Source: a virus
Taxonomy: Duplodnaviria > Caudoviricetes
Reading direction: 5' to 3' (one strand)
Virus record (IMG/VR): IMGVR_UViG_3300025751_000073
Location: 1 to 33,340 of that record
DNA: 33,340 bases
Shown here: piece by piece, positions 7,594-15,496 of the stretch
Layout of the letters: the number at the start of each line of letters is the position of its first letter
Position numbering within the stretch: position 1 is the first letter of the stretch
Program-made: the position numbers and the translations under genes
Notes under the pieces: generated by a model
What the model was told of the DNA's origin: nothing
Database searches by the model: none
Seen by the model: only the letters and a program-made list of their open reading frames with translations

Positions 7594-9354
7594 ATGGCAG
7601 TACAGATATTAGCAGGATTAGCAAGAGTAGGAGCAACTGTAGGTAGGTCTGCGGCAACTGGAGCAAGAGCAGCTGCTAGAGCATCTGCCAGAAGTGCAAA
7701 AAAACTTGCTGTAAGAAAGGCAAAATCTGCCACAAAGAATAAGATTAAAAAAAAGGTAAAGGAAAAGGTAAAGGGTAAATTGTCTAAGGAATCTGGACTG
7801 ATTTCTTCAGAAGGTAATCAGCAAGAGAAAAAATTAGAATATAGTTCGATGAGTGGAGGGGGATTAGGATTAACTCCAACTCTCACAGGAACTACAAATA
7901 AAATAAAAATTAAATCTGCACCAAATTCAAAATCTGAGGTTGAAAAACTAAAGATAAACGTAACTAATATTCATAGGTTTTTGGTTAAATCAAATAAACA
8001 ATATGATAAGCAACAAAAAAATACAAGAAGAAATGAAAGGTCTCAACAAAGTGAAGCAAATTTACAAAGAGCAGAAAAAAGATTAGGAACAAAATCTCCA
8101 GAAGATTCTAAACCCAATTTTAAAAATATAAAAAATCCTTTTGCTGGTAGTGTATTTGATAGGATAATAAAATTTGCTCAAACGATATTACTTGGAATTG
8201 CTGTTAATGCATTACCAAAAATCATAGAAAAAGTTAAGGAAGTAATTGATAGCATTGTTAATTTTCTTACACCAATTCAAAGTGGATTTAATGTTATTAT
8301 GTCTTTCTTTAGTGATGACATAAATCAAGGTCAACTTGATGTTGACAAGAAAAGATTTGATGATGGTATCCAGAATATCCAAGGAAAAGGTGGTCTACTT
8401 GATAAGATAAAAGAAAAATTAGGTCCATTTGGTGGAGCAATCGATTTACTCAAAGGTGCTATCGATAAATTTAGAGATATTCTAGGACTTAAAAAAGCAT
8501 CAACAAAAATGAAACTTGAGAAAAGAGATGGTAAAGAAGGATTTGTAAATACAGAAACTGGAAAATTTACTCAAAGGCAGTGGACTTCTGCGGAGAGAGA
8601 AAAATTTGAAAGTGAGGAAATCTCCTCAACTTCAGGGACTGATTATCCAGATGGATCTGTTTCCTCTGCAGGGGAAACTACTGGAAATAAAATTTCTGGT
8701 TATCCCATAACAAGTGACTATGGGTATAGAACACATCCAGTTACGGGACAAGCAGGAAAACTTCATGGTGGTATTGATATTGGAACATCGCAAGGAACAC
8801 CAGTTTCTCTTACTGAGGACGGTGAAATTGTTGCTGCTGGTGAGTATGGTGGATATGGTTATATGATTGATGCGTGGTTGCCAAATTCTGGAGTTCAAAT
8901 TCGTTTGGCACACTTATCAGAAATTATAAAGAATAGTGGAACTTTTAAAGCAAATGAAATGCTAGGAAAAACTGGTGGAGCGGCAGGATCTAGAGGTGCA
9001 GGAACATCAACAGGTCCACACCTCCATTTTGAGGCAGATACTCGGAAAGGATCGGGTGAATATGGTGGATCTGGTAATCCAAAGAACTACTCAAAATTAT
9101 TAAGACTTGGTTCTTTTCAACCAAATAAAACTTCTGATGGTCAAGGTGGAGTTATTTCTCCTATAGCATCTACTCCTAAGGAAAAAATTGCTACTATAAA
9201 CCAACCGATGGACGATGAAGCAACAACAACTATTGCCTTTCAGAGAGTAAATACTATACAATATGTTCCATATATGATGCCAATACCAGTTTCAAACAAT
9301 CAAAGATCTTTTTCGTCAACACAACCACAACTTCCTGAAATATGGAGGACTTAA
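7594..9354 (+). CDS. Tail-associated protein with M23 family peptidoglycan endopeptidase domain
   Basis: ITSDYGYRTHPVTG..KLHGGID (HxxxD), GYG, LAHLS, G.STGPHLHFE (HxH). The N-terminal half is basic and helical and resembles the upstream gene. Confidence 0.9.
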   Translation: MAVQILAGLARVGATVGRSAATGARAAARASARSAKKLAVRKAKSATKNKIKKKVKEKVKGKLSKESGLISSEGNQQEKKLEYSSMSGGGLGLTPTLTGTTNKIKIKSAPNSKSEVEKLKINVTNIHRFLVKSNKQYDKQQKNTRRNERSQQSEANLQRAEKRLGTKSPEDSKPNFKNIKNPFAGSVFDRIIKFAQTILLGIAVNALPKIIEKVKEVIDSIVNFLTPIQSGFNVIMSFFSDDINQGQLDVDKKRFDDGIQNIQGKGGLLDKIKEKLGPFGGAIDLLKGAIDKFRDILGLKKASTKMKLEKRDGKEGFVNTETGKFTQRQWTSAEREKFESEEISSTSGTDYPDGSVSSAGETTGNKISGYPITSDYGYRTHPVTGQAGKLHGGIDIGTSQGTPVSLTEDGEIVAAGEYGGYGYMIDAWLPNSGVQIRLAHLSEIIKNSGTFKANEMLGKTGGAAGSRGAGTSTGPHLHFEADTRKGSGEYGGSGNPKNYSKLLRLGSFQPNKTSDGQGGVISPIASTPKEKIATINQPMDDEATTTIAFQRVNTIQYVPYMMPIPVSNNQRSFSSTQPQLPEIWRT

Positions 9355-9357
9355 TAA

Positions 9358-10647
9358 ATGGCAAATACATCTGCATCATTACCTTCAATTTATGAGTTAA
9401 TTGAGATTATAAAGGATGAAAAAGTTATTAGATTAGATGGAAAGACGACTACTTTTGATTATTATGAGAGTTTATTGTCTCCAAACATTACTGCTACCAT
9501 GTCATTTGTTGATACAGGATCTTCTTTGAAATATAGTAGTGAATATGATTCTCAAGAAAGGATTGGTGGTGTTTATAATGCTCTTCCTCTTATGGGAGAT
9601 GGTACAGAAAAGGTTAGGTTTAAAATTTCAAATTCTCTCGGAACATTAGATTTTTCTAATACTCCATTGTATGTTAATGGTGCTGTGAATCCAAATCAAG
9701 AGTCTCAAAGAGAATCTATTATATTGAGTTTAATATCAAAAACGGCAATAACAAATCAAGAAACTCATGTAAAGAAAAATTATTCTAAATTCGCGAAAAT
9801 TTCACAATCGGTTAAGTCAATAACCAAAGACATATTAAAAATACCAGATAATAGAATTGATATTGAAGAGACTTCTAATAAGTATCCATTTATTGGAAAT
9901 ATGAAATCTCCTTTTGATATTATTATGATACTCGCTTCAAAATCAGTTCCACTAATTGGGAATCCAGGATTTTTCTTTTATGAAACTAAGGAAAAATACT
10001 ATTTTAAATCAATTGATGAACTTATATCCAAAGAACCGATAAACAAAGATTTTCCATATTTTTATTCTGGTGCAAATATATCGAGTATTAATGCACCTAC
10101 AAATTACAAAATACTGAGCTTTAGAGTTGATAAAAATCAGAATCTCATTAATGCTTTAAAATCGGGAGTATATTCAAGTCGTCATGTAATTTTTAATCCC
10201 AGAACATTTAAAGAAGAAGAATATACACTCACTATTGATATGAAAAAAACTTTGGGTAAAAAAAATATTTCAAAACTAGAAAATACACAATATAGCAGAA
10301 TTCTTTATAGTATTAAAGATGTTGGGGCATTATCTCCAGAAGTTTCGGAAAAAAATACATCGGGAGAACCAAAAGATTGGCAAGGTCTTTCTCAGATGAG
10401 ATATAATTTTTTATTTACACAAGTCGTTAAAATTCAAGTTCCTTGTAATCCAGGACTTAATGCTGGTGATGTTATACTTTGCAATTTTGAGACAATTACA
10501 ATTGGTGATAAAGCACAAGGTTCCGATCCAGTTCAGAGTGGTAAATATTTAATATTAGATTTGTGTCACCACTATGATACTAAAAGATCTTTTACATCAA
10601 TGACACTTGTCCGCGACACTTACGGACTATATACTAATAAAAACTAA
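9358..10647 (+). CDS. Baseplate hub protein (gp27/GPD-like)
   Basis: GFFFYET...YF.SID and C-terminal VP.NP.L.AGDVI...SGKYLI..L.H......T.MTLVRD. Lies immediately upstream of the gp5 OB-fold gene. Confidence 0.65.
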   Translation: MANTSASLPSIYELIEIIKDEKVIRLDGKTTTFDYYESLLSPNITATMSFVDTGSSLKYSSEYDSQERIGGVYNALPLMGDGTEKVRFKISNSLGTLDFSNTPLYVNGAVNPNQESQRESIILSLISKTAITNQETHVKKNYSKFAKISQSVKSITKDILKIPDNRIDIEETSNKYPFIGNMKSPFDIIMILASKSVPLIGNPGFFFYETKEKYYFKSIDELISKEPINKDFPYFYSGANISSINAPTNYKILSFRVDKNQNLINALKSGVYSSRHVIFNPRTFKEEEYTLTIDMKKTLGKKNISKLENTQYSRILYSIKDVGALSPEVSEKNTSGEPKDWQGLSQMRYNFLFTQVVKIQVPCNPGLNAGDVILCNFETITIGDKAQGSDPVQSGKYLILDLCHHYDTKRSFTSMTLVRDTYGLYTNKN

Positions 10648-10648
10648 A

Positions 10649-11152
10649 ATGGCGCTAGGATACGCAATTGGTAATAATAAATGGTTTTTAGGTCAAGTTC
10701 CTCCTAATCAAAATCAACAAATAAAAAAAGCTTCTTGGTCTGATAGTCATGGTGATAGAGTTAAAGTTAGGATACCAGGAATGCATCCAATGTCTGGTAA
10801 TGAAGATTCAACAGAAGTTGAAGATTCACTTTTACCATGGGCAATTGTAGCAAAACCAACTACTGCCGGAAATCGTAACTTTCAATCCTCTGGTATATGG
10901 GGTGGAGAATGGGTAATTGGATTTTTTCTTGATGAGGAGTGTCAAATACCAGTTATTACACAAATTTTGGGAAATAATGATAGTGAGTATGAACTTATAG
11001 ATTCTATAAATGGAACGACTCTTGGAAAAAGAGTTTCTTCTTATACTGGGGGAATCGTATCTGGTCCACATCGTCTCATAGGGGCAAAGTCTCCTAAAGG
11101 TTTATTAGAAATTTCTAATAAAGAATTTAAAGATTCAAAATTTACTATTTAA
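10649..11152 (+). CDS. gp5: gp5 N-terminal OB-fold domain as a stand-alone protein
   Basis: WFLGQV, RVKVRIPGMH, LPWA and G.WVIGFFLD...QIPVI form the Gp5_OB signature. ATG 10649, 1 nt after the hub stop, preferred over 10607. Ends at TAA 11150-11152. Confidence 0.85.
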   Translation: MALGYAIGNNKWFLGQVPPNQNQQIKKASWSDSHGDRVKVRIPGMHPMSGNEDSTEVEDSLLPWAIVAKPTTAGNRNFQSSGIWGGEWVIGFFLDEECQIPVITQILGNNDSEYELIDSINGTTLGKRVSSYTGGIVSGPHRLIGAKSPKGLLEISNKEFKDSKFTI

Positions 11153-11153
11153 C

Positions 11154-11161
11154 AATAAATA
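11154..11161 (+). promoter_or_regulatory. Late promoter variant AATAAATA upstream of the lytic spike gene
   Basis: AATAAATA 28 nt upstream of ATG 11190, the same spacing as the gp26 promoter. The AT-rich context lowers specificity. Confidence 0.55.
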
Positions 11162-11189
11162 TTAAGTTAGGGATAAGGTAAAAATATAA

Positions 11190-13997
11190 ATGTCTATTTC
11201 TTCTCAAGATAAAGAACTTTTAAAAAGATTGGCACTAGCAGAGGCAAGGGGAGAAGGTGTTGTTGGACAAGCACTTGTAATTAGATCCGTTTTAAATCGA
11301 AGAGAAGCGATAAGAAATGGTGCTAATTTTAATACTACAAGTACTGACATTTATGATATTGTTTATGCTAAAAATCAATATCAACCAACGAGAGATAGTA
11401 GAAATTCTATTGATCAACCATTCAGCAATCAGCAATTATTAATAGCAGAAGAAGCATATAGATTAGCACTTAACCCTTCAGAACTTCAATCTAAAATACA
11501 AGATGATGGATATGGTTCAATCATAGCAAGAAATTTAGTATTATCTACTGGTTTTGATTCTCTTGGTGGGCAGGGTAGACCTGACGCGATAACATATAAA
11601 AATCATGTTTTTGTAGAAAATATCAATAATTTTGGTGTTACTGGAGATTCTATATACAAATCTTCAATTGATGTGTCAACTATAAAAACATCCGAAGTAA
11701 AAGACCCCGTAACTGAAATAACAACAAATGAAGAAGAACCTATTGTTGTTCCTGACGAACCCATCTTTATTGAAAATATATATTCTAGTTTAAGAGAAGA
11801 TGTAATTCTTGATAGAATTAATGAATTAAATATAGAAATAGAAGAATTAAATAAAAAAAGTTCTGATTTATGGGATGATGAAGAAAGAAAAAGATATATA
11901 CAGATTAAAAGTGAATTGGATAGACTTTATGAAGCAAAATTAATAAAAGAAAATACAGAATGTAATTCTCGTCAAACTGCAAAGGGGTTTAATTTAGATA
12001 ATACCCCCGATTGTGAAAAATTTGCTAAATCTGTTGCTCTTGGTGAAGCAGTACAAACTTATAATAAAGAAAGGACATTACCGAATCCGTGTGGAACATC
12101 TGAAATATCGAAAATTAATACAGCACTTAAAAAATTTTTTATAATTATAAAAGGAATTAAAAAATATACTGATTTATATGTAAATGGTTCTATTAATAAA
12201 TTGCAAAATATTGTTAGTTTAATAAGACAAACATCTAAAATAATTGGTGCAGTATTAAAAACTTTAGTAACTAGATTGCGAGATTTTTTAATTGATAAGA
12301 TTAGAACTGGAATTCAAGACCTTCTCGATAAGATTCTCCCCACAATCACAAAATCTATTAAAAATTCCATCATTCAGATTATAGTTGATAATTTATTTTG
12401 TAGTCTTAAAAATATTGTAAAATCTATCCCTAATTTAATTACAGACTTTCTTTTTGAGTTGGTTGGAAAAGTCATCAATGTTCCGTTTTGTGTTGCTGAA
12501 CAGTTTACAAATGCGTTAATCAATAATTTAGCAGCAACAATAGATAAGACTATCGGTCCTATTTTAAATAATATAAATGATTTATTAAAAGGATTTTCTG
12601 GAATTGTTGGAAGTGTATTTGAGGCACTTGATTTTATACTTGGATTTGAGTCATTTTTATGTGCAAAACCAAACTGCCCAGAAATTAAAGCGTTTAAGGC
12701 AAGTCCTTGGGCAGGACCATCTCAAGCACAAATTGATGCGTTTAATAAGTTCTTACCTGCACCAAAATCTGATCAAGTGGTTGAGGGTGCTGTTGGGTGG
12801 ATTGATGGTTTTGAGATTTTTGGTGAAAAGTTGGGAGATTCCCCATCAAGCACATTGAAATGTGATTCAAATTTATTTGAATGTGGACCACCAAGAGTTG
12901 AAATTTTTGGTGGAGGTGGTATTGGTGCAACTGGAGAAGTTGTTGTAGATAATATTGGTAGAGTAATTGGTGTTAGTTTATCTAATGGTGGAAATAATTA
13001 TAGTAGACCTCCGTTTGTATCTTTTATTGACAGTTGTGAAGATACTTTTACTAGTGGATATTGTGAAATAGATGATGATGGGCACGTAATAAATATTGTG
13101 ATGACATCCACTCCAGTAGTTCCATCTAGAGATGGTAGAACTGAATTTGAACTTTTATCAAATATCCCTCAGAATTCTCTTCCTGCTGAAAAAGACTATG
13201 TTGTTTGTTTAAAGGGGTTCAGAATTAAAAGTACAGGAATTGGATATACTATAAATGATAATATTAAAATTTCTCCTGATATTCCCAATCTTGAGGCAAG
13301 TGTAAAAATGACAGAATATGGGCAAATTATAGGTATTGATGTTTTAACTAATGTTTGTGGCATTCAAGAGTATCCTGAAATTTCCGTGGAAAGTTTAACA
13401 GGTAATGGTGCAATAATAGAACCGGAATTGGAATTTTTACCAATTCAAGATTTTGATCCAACTCAACCAGATGAATTAACTGAAACTCCTACAACTGCTG
13501 GAGGAACTCCTGTAATTGCTGGTGGAACTGGTGGAACTCCTGTAACTGTAGGAGGAATTGGTGGAACTCCTGTAACTGCTGGTGGAACTCCTGTAACTGT
13601 AGGAGGAATTGGTGGAACTCCTGTAACTGCTGGTGGAACTCCTGTAACTGCTGGTGGAATTCCTGTAACTGCTGGTGGAACTGGTGGAATTCCTGTAACT
13701 GCTGGTGGAACTGGTGGAACTCCTGTAACTGCTGGTGGAACTGGTGGAACTCCTGTAACTGCTGGTGGAACTGGTGGAACTCCTGTAACTGTAGGAGGAA
13801 TTGGTGGAACTCCCGCGACTGCCGACACTACTGATTCTTTAATAGTAGATTTTAATTTAGATTCTATTACTTTGGCACAAATTGTAGATAATGATGTTCC
13901 AGGTCTCATTAAAACATTACGAGGAAAAAAAATCATTACAGAGAAACAAGATTTTACAAGAAAAGACGTTATTCGAATCGTAGATTGTATAAACTGA
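11190..13997 (+). CDS. gp5-like baseplate spike body with N-terminal SleB/Hydrolase_2-like cell-wall hydrolase
   Basis: LALAEARGEG..GQALV...VLNR...I..IVY..NQYQP matches Hydrolase_2 with its catalytic Glu. A Cys-containing helical region follows, then PPRVEIFGGGGIGA / G.NYSRPP.V repeats and a C-terminal IVDCI seen in cyanophage gp5-annotated proteins. Confidence 0.75.
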   Translation: MSISSQDKELLKRLALAEARGEGVVGQALVIRSVLNRREAIRNGANFNTTSTDIYDIVYAKNQYQPTRDSRNSIDQPFSNQQLLIAEEAYRLALNPSELQSKIQDDGYGSIIARNLVLSTGFDSLGGQGRPDAITYKNHVFVENINNFGVTGDSIYKSSIDVSTIKTSEVKDPVTEITTNEEEPIVVPDEPIFIENIYSSLREDVILDRINELNIEIEELNKKSSDLWDDEERKRYIQIKSELDRLYEAKLIKENTECNSRQTAKGFNLDNTPDCEKFAKSVALGEAVQTYNKERTLPNPCGTSEISKINTALKKFFIIIKGIKKYTDLYVNGSINKLQNIVSLIRQTSKIIGAVLKTLVTRLRDFLIDKIRTGIQDLLDKILPTITKSIKNSIIQIIVDNLFCSLKNIVKSIPNLITDFLFELVGKVINVPFCVAEQFTNALINNLAATIDKTIGPILNNINDLLKGFSGIVGSVFEALDFILGFESFLCAKPNCPEIKAFKASPWAGPSQAQIDAFNKFLPAPKSDQVVEGAVGWIDGFEIFGEKLGDSPSSTLKCDSNLFECGPPRVEIFGGGGIGATGEVVVDNIGRVIGVSLSNGGNNYSRPPFVSFIDSCEDTFTSGYCEIDDDGHVINIVMTSTPVVPSRDGRTEFELLSNIPQNSLPAEKDYVVCLKGFRIKSTGIGYTINDNIKISPDIPNLEASVKMTEYGQIIGIDVLTNVCGIQEYPEISVESLTGNGAIIEPELEFLPIQDFDPTQPDELTETPTTAGGTPVIAGGTGGTPVTVGGIGGTPVTAGGTPVTVGGIGGTPVTAGGTPVTAGGIPVTAGGTGGIPVTAGGTGGTPVTAGGTGGTPVTAGGTGGTPVTVGGIGGTPATADTTDSLIVDFNLDSITLAQIVDNDVPGLIKTLRGKKIITEKQDFTRKDVIRIVDCIN
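13485..13823 (+). repeat. Intragenic 21/30-nt tandem repeat encoding TPVTAGG(TGG)
   Basis: 12 full units of 7 or 10 aa plus a partial unit; actcctgtaactgctggtgga(actggtgga). Confidence 0.95.
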
Positions 13998-13998
13998 C

Positions 13999-14604
13999 AT
14001 GCCAAAAAATATAAAACCAGAACAAATTATAGCAGATCATCCAGAATACGGGACAATTTTTATGGGTCCTTCTGGAGAGGATGATAAAATTGGCGAAAAA
14101 CTAGGTACAAATCTGGTTTTGTCTTTAAAAGGAGGGCATAATCAAACTTATCTGCTAAATGGCAACAAAGGTGAAATTATTCCTGGATCATCTCATGAAA
14201 TTGTCGGAATTAATTTATCCCAAGGTAGAAATGATATTGAAAGTGAAATAGTTGCTAAATCAATCGTAGCAGAAACGGGAGATATTGTGATAATTGCTGA
14301 AGATGGTAATATAAAACTGAAAGCAAATAACATATATATTGAAACTGAAGGATCTGATAATGATGGTTCTATATTGATGAAGGCAAATGACCACATCACA
14401 ATCAAAGCTGATGAGCAACTTAGTTTTGCTGGTGGTAAAATTTGTATGGTTTCTTCGGATAGCATTACAATGAATGCTAAGGGTCTTCTTCATCTTTTAG
14501 TTTCAGATATTAACAAAGGTTCTCCTTTAGGTGATATTTCTAAATTATTTCTTCCAGGACCAGTTGCAGATTTAATTTCAAGTATTCTTGAAACTTGTAA
14601 ATAG
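13999..14604 (+). CDS. gp5 C-terminal beta-helix-like spike protein
   Basis: Short alternating beta repeats (GDIVIIAEDGNIKLKANNIYIE...GSILMKANDHITIKA...SITMNAKG), located in the gp5 cluster. Confidence 0.6.
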   Translation: MPKNIKPEQIIADHPEYGTIFMGPSGEDDKIGEKLGTNLVLSLKGGHNQTYLLNGNKGEIIPGSSHEIVGINLSQGRNDIESEIVAKSIVAETGDIVIIAEDGNIKLKANNIYIETEGSDNDGSILMKANDHITIKADEQLSFAGGKICMVSSDSITMNAKGLLHLLVSDINKGSPLGDISKLFLPGPVADLISSILETCK

Positions 14605-14613
14605 GAGAAAAAA

Positions 14614-15495
14614 ATGTTTGATACTTTAGATAGTGGTTCTATTGATGTTACCAGTAATGTTCTTGGTGGTGGATTGAATTTCCCAAAAGGTTTCTGGGAA
14701 CCAGGATCATTGTCTGCACATAAGGGTCATTTTGGACAAGGTTCAACTGCAACTCCATTTTTTGCATCTTTAGTTTCTGGACCTTCTGCGTCTGCTGCTT
14801 ATTCATTTTACTCTACAGGTTTAAACCTTTCCAACGGAACTACAATTCAACAAGGAGTTCATGAAACTATTGGGCAAAGTTTAGTTGTTGGTACTGAATT
14901 TAAAACATATGTTGTTAGTAATGAACTGGATGCAGTTTCAAATAATTTTGTTGCCGCATCTAAAAATAGTTTTACTTCAGCAAAAGAAAATAGATTTATA
15001 GCACCTTTAAATATTATTTCTGGAGTACAGACAAAAATTAATGGTTCTGTAGTGGTTGATGGTGTTGGAGATCTTGCAGTAGTAATTAATAGTAAAAAAG
15101 GTTTTGATATTCCACACCCTACAAAAGAAGGATGGCGTGTTTCACATGTTTGTGTCGAAGGTCCAACTGCAGATGTGTATTTAAGAGGAAAATTAAGAAA
15201 TAGTAATTCAATTAAATTGCCCGAATATTGGAAAGGATTAGTAGATCCTGAAACAATTACAGTAAATCTTACTCCAATTGGTAAATATCAAGAATTATTT
15301 GTATATTCAATAAATAATACAGAAGAAATAATAATAAAAAACAATAGAGATTCTATTGTCAATTGTGATTATTATATTATGGGTGAAAGAATAGATACTG
15401 AAAAGAATATTCCTGAATATGAAGGTACTTGGAATGATTATCCTGGAGATAATTCTACACGATCTATTGTTGGAAAAGATTACGATTTAAGATAA
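14614..15495 (+). CDS. Spike/virion structural protein with C-terminal K.FDIPHP...H.C.EGP...VY.RG domain
   Basis: Beta-rich N-terminal half. The C-terminal FDIPHP..EGP..DVYLRG..LPEYW..LVD..TITV.LTPIG domain recurs at the ends of phage spikes and fibres (possibly a chaperone). SD GGAG upstream. Confidence 0.6.
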   Translation: MFDTLDSGSIDVTSNVLGGGLNFPKGFWEPGSLSAHKGHFGQGSTATPFFASLVSGPSASAAYSFYSTGLNLSNGTTIQQGVHETIGQSLVVGTEFKTYVVSNELDAVSNNFVAASKNSFTSAKENRFIAPLNIISGVQTKINGSVVVDGVGDLAVVINSKKGFDIPHPTKEGWRVSHVCVEGPTADVYLRGKLRNSNSIKLPEYWKGLVDPETITVNLTPIGKYQELFVYSINNTEEIIIKNNRDSIVNCDYYIMGERIDTEKNIPEYEGTWNDYPGDNSTRSIVGKDYDLR

Positions 15496-15496
15496 A

